Assembly: GCA_045106895.1 (NCBI GenBank) | Contig: JBGCFM010000016.1 | Location: 32,001 to 96,000 of the forward strand | DNA from: Polyangiales bacterium | GTDB taxonomy: Bacteria; Myxococcota_A; Polyangia; Polyangiales; Houyiibacteriaceae | Length of the DNA stretch: 64,000 nucleotides | Direction: 5' to 3' | Shown: in pieces, positions 9,205-18,518 of the stretch | Layout of the letters: every line of letters starts with the position of its first letter | Numbering within the stretch: position 1 is the first letter of the stretch | Program-made: the position numbers and the translations under genes | Notes under the pieces: model-generated | What the model was told of the DNA's origin: nothing | Seen by the model: only the letters and a program-made list of their open reading frames with translations | Databases searched by the model: none

Positions 9205-9782
9205 GCGTCGTCGGGCAGGCGCGTCTTCGGTTTACGCATCTGCTGCTCCTCTCGGCTCTCCTAGGTTGCGGCTCAGAGTCCCTTCCGGTGCTGACGGAAG
9301 TCCCGAATTTCTCGCTCACGCGAGAGAATGGCGAGGCGTTCTCGAGCGCGGAGTCGCTTCGTGGGCACGTCTGGGTCGCTAACTTCATCTTCACCACCTG
9401 CCCCTCAGTGTGCCCGACGCTGACATCGCAGATGGGAAACCTTGAGCGTCGCACCCGAGGAACGGACGTTCGTTTCGTGTCGTTCAGCGTCGACCCAACC
9501 ACGGACACGCCGGAGGTTCTCCTACGCTACGCCCGCGGCCACGACGCCAACCTTGAGCGCTGGGCGTTCTTGACCGGCGACGCTTCGGAGATGCGCTCCG
9601 TTATCGAGGAAGGCTTGCGCATGCGCATGGGCGAACGCGCCGACGGAGACATCCTCCACGGCGCGCACTTTGTGCTCGTCGACGCGACTGGTCATGTGCG
9701 CGGGTTCTACCGAAACGAAGGTCCCGAGCAGGAGCGTCTCGTGGAAGACGCTCGTCGACTCAGCGAAAACGCCTCGAACTAG
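9201..9782 (+). CDS. SCO family copper chaperone
   Basis: FIFTTCPSVCP (CxxxC), SVDPTTDTP, W.FLTG, ILHG.HFVLVD; GTGA overlap with the ctaB stop. Confidence 0.92.
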   Translation: MSVVGQARLRFTHLLLLSALLGCGSESLPVLTEVPNFSLTRENGEAFSSAESLRGHVWVANFIFTTCPSVCPTLTSQMGNLERRTRGTDVRFVSFSVDPTTDTPEVLLRYARGHDANLERWAFLTGDASEMRSVIEEGLRMRMGERADGDILHGAHFVLVDATGHVRGFYRNEGPEQERLVEDARRLSENASN

Positions 9783-9813
9783 ACTGGGCGAAGTCAGAAA
9801 CAAAAAGAGCCGG

Positions 9814-10689
9814 CTACGACGTGCAGGCGCTGCCAGGGGCGCGCCGGATTTCGCGAATGCGTTGCCGCGCTCTGCCTGCGAGGGGAGAGCGCCGGAAGTT
9901 CGACGTCAGCGTCTGGAAGGCGTTGCGGGCGTCGGTGCATGCGTGGAGCGCAAAGAACGCCTCGCCCATGTCGAAGAGAGTCTCGTCCATCGCATCGCCC
10001 GTCGCGTAGGACGAGATGACTCGGCGGAACTCACGAAGCGCGCTGGCTGGGCGGTTCTCCGCAAGGTACGACTTCCCGATCCAGTACAGCGCATTGTCCG
10101 CGTTTTCGTCATCCGCGTAGCGCGTGATGTACGCACGAAAAAGTGCGCGTGACTGGCTGTGCTCTTCACGCTGATAAGCCTGGTAGGCCGCCGTGAAATG
10201 GTCGTCCTTGGCCGCTGGAATCTCCGACTCTGGCACCGGCATGTCGACGCCGCTCTTGCGCGCAAACTGCTGAAAACGTTCGTCGAAACGAGTCTGCTGT
10301 TCGCCCACCTGCCGCTGCGTGCTCGTCAGCTCGTTGCGCAACTCGGCGAGCGTGCCTTCAAGGGTCTGAAGCTGCTCACGAAGCTGTGAAACCTCCGTGC
10401 CGAGGTCCGCGCTGTTCCGGGTGACGACCTGAGTCGCACGTTCAAGGACCTGCTCCAGCTCGACGACCTTGGCCTGCGCGCTCTCAAGGGCGGTCTGCAT
10501 CTGGAGGCGCTCTTCTTCCATGCCGCGCTCGAGGGCGGTGAGACGAGCGTCGTGGTGTTCGGACGAGCGAGCGAGCCGCGTGCCGTCTGCTTTTGAGTAG
10601 CAACCTGCGACGGGAATAAGGAGCGCGCCGATCAAAGCGGTGCGAACGATTGTGCTCCGATGAAGGGCAGTGCGAAAGAGGATGCTCAT
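9814..10689 (-). CDS. cpoB: Tol-Pal system protein CpoB/YbgF (coiled coil + TPR)
   Basis: Lipobox-like VAGC, coiled coil, ADNALYWIG TPR motif; immediately downstream of pal. Confidence 0.85.
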   Translation of the reverse strand: MSILFRTALHRSTIVRTALIGALLIPVAGCYSKADGTRLARSSEHHDARLTALERGMEEERLQMQTALESAQAKVVELEQVLERATQVVTRNSADLGTEVSQLREQLQTLEGTLAELRNELTSTQRQVGEQQTRFDERFQQFARKSGVDMPVPESEIPAAKDDHFTAAYQAYQREEHSQSRALFRAYITRYADDENADNALYWIGKSYLAENRPASALREFRRVISSYATGDAMDETLFDMGEAFFALHACTDARNAFQTLTSNFRRSPLAGRARQRIREIRRAPGSACTS

Positions 10690-10690
10690 C

Positions 10691-11335
10691 TCATCGCTCC
10701 GTGAAGGTGACTTTGCGGTCGAGGCGCCAGCTCGCTTCGCTTTCGCCGGCGGCCATTTCCTCGCCCATGGACGAGCCAGAAAAGCTGTTTCGGTCCGCGC
10801 CAAGGCTCGTCATGTACTGAATGACGCCGCGTGCGCGACGGTCACCAAGTGCGAGGTTGTATTCCTCCGTACCGCGGGGGTCGGTGTACCCGGTTACATG
10901 AACACGCGAGATACTTCGCTCACGCATGCACTGCACGTTCGCCGCCATGATGTCGCGCGAGGAGTTGTCGAGGCCGTCTTGGTCGAAGGAAAAGTAGATC
11001 GGCTCAAGCTGGCAGGACGTGTCTGTGTTCGTGGGTTCCGTGAGCCCGAGGTCCTGCGAGCTGATGGCAACGCAGCGATTGTTCTGACATTCCTGGCCGT
11101 CCGGGCAGGGCGTCTCACTGCTGCAGTAGCTCTCGATGGGATCGCAGCGGCCGCCGTTGCACTCTTGTCCCGCAGGGCAGTCCGCGTTGGTTCGGCAGAG
11201 CTGGCACTGGCCGTCCACGCAGTATTCGCTCTCGTGACAATCATCGTCGTCGCCACAGCGGGGGTATTCGGGGCCACATCCCGTGCTCGAAAACGCGAGC
11301 ACAGCGGCAAAGGCGAAGGGGGCAGTCTTGAACAT
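10691..11335 (-). CDS. pal: peptidoglycan-associated lipoprotein with Cys-rich N-terminal repeats
   Basis: Lipobox STGC; IYFSFDQ, VTGYTDPRGTEEYNLALGDRRA OmpA-C motif; three C-x-x-x-x-x-C repeats before it. Confidence 0.88.
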   Translation of the reverse strand: MFKTAPFAFAAVLAFSSTGCGPEYPRCGDDDDCHESEYCVDGQCQLCRTNADCPAGQECNGGRCDPIESYCSSETPCPDGQECQNNRCVAISSQDLGLTEPTNTDTSCQLEPIYFSFDQDGLDNSSRDIMAANVQCMRERSISRVHVTGYTDPRGTEEYNLALGDRRARGVIQYMTSLGADRNSFSGSSMGEEMAAGESEASWRLDRKVTFTER

Positions 11336-11510
11336 GCGCTTTAAATGCACTTTGGGGATGAACACAGTCCTTCGCGAGTACCGCTGCGGCCACAAAGTGT
11401 CAAACGGGATGGGGGCTGCTGGCGAATTCACCTGATTCTAGTCGCTTTTTGCGTCGTTGCTCCGGGTGACTCGATCCGCAAAGATGAGGAGCGGACGGAT
11501 CGCCAAAGAG

Positions 11511-13238
11511 ATGAACGGCACACGAACAATATGGCTCTTGGCGCTGGTTGCGGGGCTTACTAGCTGTTCCAGCTCGGCCCCATCAGTCGATGGTGGGGTG
11601 GAGGGGGGCGTGTTCGCCGATGTACTCACGACGGATGTGCCCCCGAGCATTTGTGGTGCACGCACAGATACCGACAGAGATGGGATCAGCGACGCCAATG
11701 AGGGCACGGACGACACCGATGGTGACGAAATCCCGAACCTCGAAGACCTGGATTCGGACGGTGATGGCGTTCCCGACGCTATCGAGGCCGGCGTCGCTGA
11801 CTGCACGATACGCCCCCTCGATACCGATGGAGACGGTCTACCGGACTACCTAGACAACGACAGCGACAACGACGGCGCGTCCGATGGGGAAGAGTCCGCA
11901 GCTGGGAGTAGCCGAGTTCTCAGCGATACGGATAGCGATGGCGTTGGAGATCTCGAAGAGATCGCTTTTGCGGACTTTCATTGCGAAGACGAACCTTCGA
12001 CGTGTGAATGTGTAACCACGGACGCGTGCGTGGTTCCCGCAGAGGTCACCATCGCCGTACTGGCGGACGGCGAAAGCGCGGAATTCGATGTCTCCTTTTC
12101 AACGTCGATCCCCGCCGCAGACGTTTTCTTCCTCGTCGATACGACGCAGTCGATGGGCGGGACCCTCGCGAACGTGAAGAGCGTCCTCGACGGAGGCGAC
12201 CTTGTATCGCAGATTCAAACGCATATTCCGGATGTGCGATTGGGGGGGGGCCAGCACGATGACTTTCCCCTCGGTCCTTACGGCGCCGGCGATGACGAGA
12301 CGTTCTTGCTCGCACGCGCCATGACACCACCCACGAACGTGTCTCTTCTGATCGATGCGCTGGAAGAGATGGAGCTGCACGGAGGCGGGGACGGGCCAGA
12401 GGCCAACGTCCAAGCGCTTCACCAGCTCATCTCGGGGGAGGGCGGGCGCTGGACATACACGGAGGGCCCGAGCCCGCGAAGCTACGACGCACGCGCCACC
12501 GCCGGTGATTGTCGCTCGGGATATGGTGCCGCTTGTTTTCGGGAGGGCGTGCTCCCTATCGTGTTGCACTTCACAGACGCCTGCGCCCACAACGGCCCGC
12601 CCGGTGAGTATGTGGGTTGCACGCCCTACGAGAATATCGACCCCAGTGTCGGGACCTGGGACGACGTCATCTCCGAGCTCAACGAGCGGGGCACGAAGTT
12701 CCTAGGAGTGAACGCGACTCGAACGGGCTGCGAAGAGAGCGCGGCGGCCACCAGTACCTCACCTTGTTTTTTCCTCCAGCAAACGGCGATCGCTACCGGA
12801 ACCGTGTCCCCGGAAGGCCGCCCTTTGACCCTCGACTTGCCCAACGACGCCGAACTCCCTGAGTTTCGTGCTGCCCTCTCGGCGGCTGTGGAGCTCGTGG
12901 CGACGCAGGTGCCTCTGCGGGTGAGCGCGTCCGCCGCAGGGGATGTCGAGGCCTTCATTCAGGCGTTTCGGCCGGCTTGTGTGCCGGATGAGCCCACGCT
13001 TCCATGCTGGAGCCCTCCTGCTGGCGTGTCGGCTGCGGCCGCCGTGGCGGACGTCAACGAATCCGCTTTCGAAGGCGTTTTACCGGGTACTCAGGTCCTA
13101 TTTCGCCTTGAACTGCGAAACGTCGGAACTGTTTCTGGCCGACGTTCCCAGCGGAGCCGGGGGACACTGGAAGCTCGCGGGGGTCCTCTTCGACTCCAAG
13201 CGCGTGAACTGATCGTCGCTGTGCCCGCGGCGTCGTAA
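11511..13238 (+). CDS. CglD-like lipoprotein (TSP type 3 Ca-binding repeats + integrin-beta-like vWA)
   Basis: Lipobox LTSC; many DxDxDGxxD repeats; [34 protein letters not shown]. Confidence 0.8.
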   Translation: MNGTRTIWLLALVAGLTSCSSSAPSVDGGVEGGVFADVLTTDVPPSICGARTDTDRDGISDANEGTDDTDGDEIPNLEDLDSDGDGVPDAIEAGVADCTIRPLDTDGDGLPDYLDNDSDNDGASDGEESAAGSSRVLSDTDSDGVGDLEEIAFADFHCEDEPSTCECVTTDACVVPAEVTIAVLADGESAEFDVSFSTSIPAADVFFLVDTTQSMGGTLANVKSVLDGGDLVSQIQTHIPDVRLGGGQHDDFPLGPYGAGDDETFLLARAMTPPTNVSLLIDALEEMELHGGGDGPEANVQALHQLISGEGGRWTYTEGPSPRSYDARATAGDCRSGYGAACFREGVLPIVLHFTDACAHNGPPGEYVGCTPYENIDPSVGTWDDVISELNERGTKFLGVNATRTGCEESAAATSTSPCFFLQQTAIATGTVSPEGRPLTLDLPNDAELPEFRAALSAAVELVATQVPLRVSASAAGDVEAFIQAFRPACVPDEPTLPCWSPPAGVSAAAAVADVNESAFEGVLPGTQVLFRLELRNVGTVSGRRSQRSRGTLEARGGPLRLQARELIVAVPAAS

Positions 13239-13261
13239 GCGAAGCCTTTCGCTTCGCCTTT
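13239..13261 (+). terminator. candidate intrinsic terminator / stem-loop
   Basis: gcgaagc-ctttc-gcttcgc perfect 7 bp stem directly after the stop codon, with only a short T tail. Confidence 0.45.
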
Positions 13262-13300
13262 GCAGGCGCTACCCTTGGGTCCGAGCTTTAGGAGGCCGCC

Positions 13301-15034
13301 ATGAACGGGAAGAGATACGCACTTGCTGCGTTGGTCGTAGCACTAGGTTGTTCTCCCGGCGGTGAACCACCTTCAAGAATCTTCGACGGAGGACCGAACT
13401 TCGACGGAGGACCCAACTTCGACGCAGGCGGACCTATGGGTTCCTGCGATCCGACCTCGGACATGGACGGCGATGGCATTGCCGACTTCCGTGAAGGAAG
13501 TGCCGACCCGGACCTCGACGGAATCCCCGCCGAGCAAGATCTCGATTCCGATGGTGACGGAATCCCGGATGCGATGGAAGCGGGCACGGATCCTTGCGGG
13601 CCACCAAACTCCGACGGCGACGACACGCCGGACTTCCTCGACAACGACAGCGACAACGACGGCCTCACAGACAGCGAGGAGATCGCCGCGGGCACGAACC
13701 CTCGCGTCAACGACTCTGACGGCGACGGCATCCCGGACCTCGTGGAGCTTCGTGGATCACGGACGGATCCGAACGACTCCTCGGACAGCATCCCCGCAAC
13801 GGACTTCTTCGTGGTGCTTCCATACAACGGCAACCGCGAGGCACGAACGCTTCGATTCGGCACCAACATCGAGGTCGCCGACATCTTCTTCTTGGTCGAC
13901 ATGACCGGCTCCATGCAGGGCGAGCGCACGAACCTCATCAACGGCTTGTTGACGACGATTGTCCCGGGCATCCAGGCCGCCATTCCAAACGTTCAGTTTG
14001 GTGCAGGCGGGTTCGATGACTACCCCACCGGCAACTACGGAAGCCCCCGAGACCTTCCATTCTACCTGCTCCGCGAAATCGATACCGCCGACATGGACCG
14101 AGGCTCATGGAGCCTCTCGGCCACTCCCACGATGTGCCCACGTGGTGGCGCAAACGACATCGGCATGATCACCGGCGCCCCGGACGGTCGTCCCGACATC
14201 CTCCAGGCTCTTGAAGGATTGCCTTGCCACTCCGGCAACGACGGCCCCGAAAGCTACGTTCCCGCCATGTTCGCCACGGCGACTGGACTTGGCCTCACCT
14301 GGCCCGGCGGCTCCATCCCCGGCCGAACGTGTCCGGCGATTCCCGACGAGCCGGTGGCACGTCAAGGCTACCCATGTTTCCGACCCGGCGCCTTGCCCAT
14401 TATCCTTCTCTTCGGCGACGCCAACTTCCACAACGGTCCAGGAAACTCGGCGCCTTACACGTCGATCCCTGCAGCACCTACCTACGTCAACACTGCGGCA
14501 GCACTCAACAGCATTGGCGCTCGCGTCATCAGCATCTTCTCCGGCTCTGGGACTCCACGCGCGGACTACGAAGACATCGGCCGGATGACGGGCACCGTGG
14601 ATGGCGCCGGAAACCCGCTCGTGTTTGACATCAGCGGCACGGGAACAGGCCTCGACAGCGCCGTCGTCAACGCCGTCGCGAACCTTGTCAACGGAACGCC
14701 ACAGGACGTGAGCACGGGGACTCAGAACGTTCCCGGCAACCCCGACGAGTTCGATGCGACGCAGTTCATCAAGAGCATCACGCCCGTCGAGGGCTACGTC
14801 GGTGCAACGCCTGGTGAAGGTTACACAAGCTTCGACGAGACGACGTTCTACGGTGTCATTCCCGGCACCGACGTCGAGTTCGCCATCGACTTCTACAACG
14901 ACGTTCGGCCTCCAGCGGCCGTCGCACAGGTCTTCGTGGCGCAGATTAATGTTCTTGGTAACGGCGTCGCAAATCTCGACCAGCGACGCGTCTACATTCT
15001 CGTGCCCACCGAGGGCGGAGTGATTCTGCTCTAG
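13301..15034 (+). CDS. CglD-like lipoprotein paralog 2 (TSP3 repeats + vWA)
   Basis: AGGAGG RBS at 13290-13295; lipobox ALGC; DxDGDG repeats; DIFFLVDMTGSM; GNDGPE; CFRPGALPII. Confidence 0.85.
   Translation: MNGKRYALAALVVALGCSPGGEPPSRIFDGGPNFDGGPNFDAGGPMGSCDPTSDMDGDGIADFREGSADPDLDGIPAEQDLDSDGDGIPDAMEAGTDPCGPPNSDGDDTPDFLDNDSDNDGLTDSEEIAAGTNPRVNDSDGDGIPDLVELRGSRTDPNDSSDSIPATDFFVVLPYNGNREARTLRFGTNIEVADIFFLVDMTGSMQGERTNLINGLLTTIVPGIQAAIPNVQFGAGGFDDYPTGNYGSPRDLPFYLLREIDTADMDRGSWSLSATPTMCPRGGANDIGMITGAPDGRPDILQALEGLPCHSGNDGPESYVPAMFATATGLGLTWPGGSIPGRTCPAIPDEPVARQGYPCFRPGALPIILLFGDANFHNGPGNSAPYTSIPAAPTYVNTAAALNSIGARVISIFSGSGTPRADYEDIGRMTGTVDGAGNPLVFDISGTGTGLDSAVVNAVANLVNGTPQDVSTGTQNVPGNPDEFDATQFIKSITPVEGYVGATPGEGYTSFDETTFYGVIPGTDVEFAIDFYNDVRPPAAVAQVFVAQINVLGNGVANLDQRRVYILVPTEGGVILL
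13382..13434 (+). repeat. 18 bp in-frame tandem repeat (FDGGPN x2 + FDAGGP)
   Basis: ttcgacggaggaccgaac / ttcgacggaggacccaac / ttcgacgcaggcggacc. Confidence 0.85.
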
Positions 15035-15531
15035 AAGGCGAGCCCCACGGCGACCCGGGCGCGCGGCGTCCACTCGTCTCGGGGATTCCAAAGGACACCA
15101 GTGCTCGCTTCGAAGAGGAGCGAGCGCCAGGTGAAGGCGTAGCCAACTTCGGCCCCGCCACCGAAGATTCGTTCGGCGCCTTCCTCGTAGGTCGCTCCAA
15201 GGGTCAGTAAGAGCCCGTCGAAGCTGCGGCCGAGTGGGCGGATGTCGAGGTGCGCCGCGCCCAGGAAGGTCCGGGACTCTCCGCTTCGAAACCCACCGCT
15301 CACCCGAGCGCCAAGGTAGCGGGAGGGCATAGCGTGAAGACTCAGGGTGTACTCCCCCCAGATCGGCGCGATGATGTCCAGGGTGAGCGCGAAGCGCTGC
15401 CACGGCGCACTTTGGTCCGTCGAGAGTGCGAGGCTCGGGGCTTCATCTTGAACGCTCTGCGCGTACGCAATTTGTGTGACGGAGAGGGCACAGAGGGCGA
15501 AGAAGAACGGGGCAGTGCGAGGTGTTGCCAT
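15031..15531 (-). CDS. small outer-membrane beta-barrel-like protein
   Basis: Signal peptide ending AYA-Q, alternating amphipathic strands, C-terminal VGLAF. Confidence 0.6.
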   Translation of the reverse strand: MATPRTAPFFFALCALSVTQIAYAQSVQDEAPSLALSTDQSAPWQRFALTLDIIAPIWGEYTLSLHAMPSRYLGARVSGGFRSGESRTFLGAAHLDIRPLGRSFDGLLLTLGATYEEGAERIFGGGAEVGYAFTWRSLLFEASTGVLWNPRDEWTPRARVAVGLAF

Positions 15532-15748
15532 GGCGCCGCTCTCGGGCGTGTCGCTGGTCGGTTGCCAACTGCTTCTCGTTCAGGCCGAAAACTCCATCTT
15601 TCCGCCTGTCTTTTTCATACTTTCGCGTTCCAAAGCGCTTCGTTTGCCCAGAAGGGTAAATGCGTGCTTGAGTAGGGGCGCAGTCACGGGATTGAAGATT
15701 TTGAAGGTCAATCCGTCGACTGAGAGTCACTTTTCAAGCGAGCCCCTT

Positions 15749-17458
15749 ATGCGCATCAGCTCCTACTGCCTTCTCCTTATCGCCCTGGCCGCCTGTGGTC
15801 CCTCACCGCGACGCGTCGTTCTCGGCACAGGGGGGGCTCCGCACACCGGTGGCGTGAATATCGCCGCAGGACCCTCGGTGCCAGGGTCCGCGTCCAGCGC
15901 CGCGCCCCGCGATCGCTTGAACATCGCGAACAGCCACCTCGAAGCGCGCGGCTACCGAATTATCGGCCCGGCCAGCCATCACGACATTAGCCAGACCGGC
16001 CTCGTCGCCATGCCCGTCGAGGCGCAACCGAACCAGTGCTACACCGTCATGGCGCTCGGTCAGGACGGGTCGAACATCGACATCATCGTCGTCGATCCGC
16101 TCGGCCAAAACGTCGGCCAGAACGTTTACCAGGACGCCAATCCCTGGGTTCATTTTTGCGCGGTGCAGCCGGGCCGTCACCTCGTACGTGTTCAGCTCGC
16201 CAGCGGGAGTGGCGTCTTCTTCTACGCCGCTTTCCAGGGCAACGGAGACCCCGAGCTCGCTGCTGTTCTCGGCGGACCCGCATCACAGGGCGATGTCTCG
16301 GCGGACTCGGACGTGCTCTCACGCATCGCTGCGGTGAACCAGCAGCTCGCACCTCAGCGCTTCGAAGCGCTCCTCTCCGAGCCCATGGGCTACAACTTGG
16401 CCGCTGGCGGCCATGACGGCGTCGCACTTCAGCTCGCCGCGGGCACCTGCTATCGCTTCGGCGCCTTCGGCGGAAACGGCGTCCGTGACGTTGGCCTTGC
16501 CATCGAGAATAGCAACAATGAGATGATTCAGCGGGACGTCGATGCCAACCGAGACGCCGTCGTTGAGTACTGCCCCGTGGCCAGCGGTCGCTTCACCCTA
16601 AGCGCAACGATGGTGGATGGTGCGGGCCCCCTCTTCGTGACGGGCTGGCGACGCCAGGCCGCGGGTGCACAGCCGACGGTGACCCCACCACCGACGGTGA
16701 ACGTCATCTCTGCGACGACAGGCGGCGGCGGCGGCCTCGCGGAGTCCTTCGCAGCACTCAACGCGAACATCACGGCGCGCGGATATGAGGCCTATGGGGA
16801 CTCTGCGAACGGAAGCCTTCGCCCCGGCGAGAGCCGTGACTTCCCCCTCGCCCTTGAAGGGGGCAAGTGTTACGCGATCGTGGCCCAAGGCGATGGCCGC
16901 GTGTCGAACCTGGACCTTGTCCTTCGCGACTCCTCACGCCGCGAGGTCGACCGCGATGTCGCTCAGGACCCGCGCCCCATCGTGCGCGTTTGCCCAGAGC
17001 GAACCGGCGAATACACGATGGCCGTCAACATGGCCCAGGGCGGTGGTGACTTCGTCTACCAGGCTTACCGCTGGCCACGTGGCACACGCGGACCCTTTGG
17101 TCTGAATGGCCTCATCTACGTTCGCCTCAGCGAAGTCTCGGCGCTTCTCCGCCAAGAGGGCTACTCGCCAAGCGGCGGCATTCCCCCGGGTCAGGGCTCC
17201 CTCGCACGTCAGGGTGCGCGCGGGCAACATGAGATTGAGCTCAGCGGCGGCTGTGTTGCTGTCCTCGTCGTCGGTGGTGATGGCGTCAACGATCTAGACG
17301 TGACGGTGCGGTCGCGCTCGGGTCAGGCAACGGGCGAAGACAGCCGAAATGCGTTCCCAAGCGTGCGCTTCTGTCCAAGCGCTGGAACCTATACCGTGAA
17401 CGTTGAAGCCGCCGGCGGCAGCGGCGCGTACTTCTACCAGGTGTTCGAGCGAAACTAA
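15749..17458 (+). CDS. lipoprotein with four repeated ~130 aa beta-sandwich (PPC-like) domains
   Basis: Lipobox LAAC; four repeats of C-Y..A.G...(D/N)(L/V/I)D....D....P.V..C...G.(Y/H/F)...V....G.G. Confidence 0.75.
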   Translation: MRISSYCLLLIALAACGPSPRRVVLGTGGAPHTGGVNIAAGPSVPGSASSAAPRDRLNIANSHLEARGYRIIGPASHHDISQTGLVAMPVEAQPNQCYTVMALGQDGSNIDIIVVDPLGQNVGQNVYQDANPWVHFCAVQPGRHLVRVQLASGSGVFFYAAFQGNGDPELAAVLGGPASQGDVSADSDVLSRIAAVNQQLAPQRFEALLSEPMGYNLAAGGHDGVALQLAAGTCYRFGAFGGNGVRDVGLAIENSNNEMIQRDVDANRDAVVEYCPVASGRFTLSATMVDGAGPLFVTGWRRQAAGAQPTVTPPPTVNVISATTGGGGGLAESFAALNANITARGYEAYGDSANGSLRPGESRDFPLALEGGKCYAIVAQGDGRVSNLDLVLRDSSRREVDRDVAQDPRPIVRVCPERTGEYTMAVNMAQGGGDFVYQAYRWPRGTRGPFGLNGLIYVRLSEVSALLRQEGYSPSGGIPPGQGSLARQGARGQHEIELSGGCVAVLVVGGDGVNDLDVTVRSRSGQATGEDSRNAFPSVRFCPSAGTYTVNVEAAGGSGAYFYQVFERN

Positions 17459-17480
17459 GGCGAGTGCGCCGCTGGGTGCA

Positions 17481-18494
17481 CTAGTCCAAATCCGTTAGGT
17501 CCCGAAACGCCCGCTGGGCGTCTCGGCGCTCTTGTAAACCCATCGACGCGTCATACGCGACGACGTCTCCGTAGAGTCGGAGCAGTTCCTGGTGTGCCGT
17601 TGACCGGCATTGGACGTCGTCGGCGTCAAGGCCTTCGATGAGCCAGCGGACGCGCTCCTCTGCGCCATGCTTGTTGAACCATCGCTGCCACTCAAGCGTC
17701 GATTTCGCGGGGCTGGCGCTCATGATTCGTAGGGTGCCAGCGGCCATCGAGTGAAGTCGATCATCTGCGTCGCTCAGGAGATCGATGCAGACAGGAACAA
17801 GTTCGCGCCATCGAAGGACTGCGAGTGTCTTCAGCGCGATAGCGCGCTTCTCCGGGCTGAGAGTGACGTCGAGGACCTCGTTACACAACGCCATGGCCTG
17901 TGCTCGGACGGCGGGCGCGTTGCGACGTGCCGATAGGCCTCGAGCGGCCGCTTCTGCCACGCCGACGTCAACGTCGAGGACGCGCACCATGAGGGAGGCC
18001 GCAAGGTCGCACGTGCCTGCGGGGGGCGCCGAGTCGAGGAGATCTGTGGCGAGCAGGACGGCGTAGTAGCGAGCGGCGTCATGGCTGACGAGGAGTCGCT
18101 GGAGAGTCGGGATCGCGGCATCGCCGAAGGCGGCGATGACGCGACAGGAGGCGCCGCAGTCGCGACCTTTGGGGACGCTCGTGTGCGCCAAATGACGATG
18201 AAACCAGAGCAGCCCGGGAAATGTGGATTCGACGGCGGCGAGACCTGCGTCACCGAGCCCAATGAGGGTCTGCAGGGCCGGGCCCTCGTCCTCGGGTCCG
18301 CACTGGGAGAGCAGCCTAAGGGCGACGGCGGCGCGCTCCTCGTTGGTTGCACCCGGCGCGGATGAAGGCGCCACACTCGCGCGTTTCGGAGCGATGGATT
18401 GCGGAGGGATGTGCTCCTCAGGGCCATCCGCGCCGGTGTTCGTAACGGCGTAGGCGCCGGGCTGATCCGCATCGGACACGCCCAATTCTATCAC
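17481..18494 (-). CDS. HEAT-repeat-like hypothetical protein
   Basis: Helical Ala/Leu-rich repeats (LIEGLDADD, IDLLSDAD); downstream of the FHA gene. Confidence 0.6.
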   Translation of the reverse strand: MIELGVSDADQPGAYAVTNTGADGPEEHIPPQSIAPKRASVAPSSAPGATNEERAAVALRLLSQCGPEDEGPALQTLIGLGDAGLAAVESTFPGLLWFHRHLAHTSVPKGRDCGASCRVIAAFGDAAIPTLQRLLVSHDAARYYAVLLATDLLDSAPPAGTCDLAASLMVRVLDVDVGVAEAAARGLSARRNAPAVRAQAMALCNEVLDVTLSPEKRAIALKTLAVLRWRELVPVCIDLLSDADDRLHSMAAGTLRIMSASPAKSTLEWQRWFNKHGAEERVRWLIEGLDADDVQCRSTAHQELLRLYGDVVAYDASMGLQERRDAQRAFRDLTDLD

Positions 18495-18518
18495 GAGAAG
18501 CGCCGGAAGCGGACGCCG

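Noticed and set aside
15830..15836. G7 run in the four-repeat lipoprotein gene
   Set aside because: Too short to argue for phase variation in a GC-rich genome.
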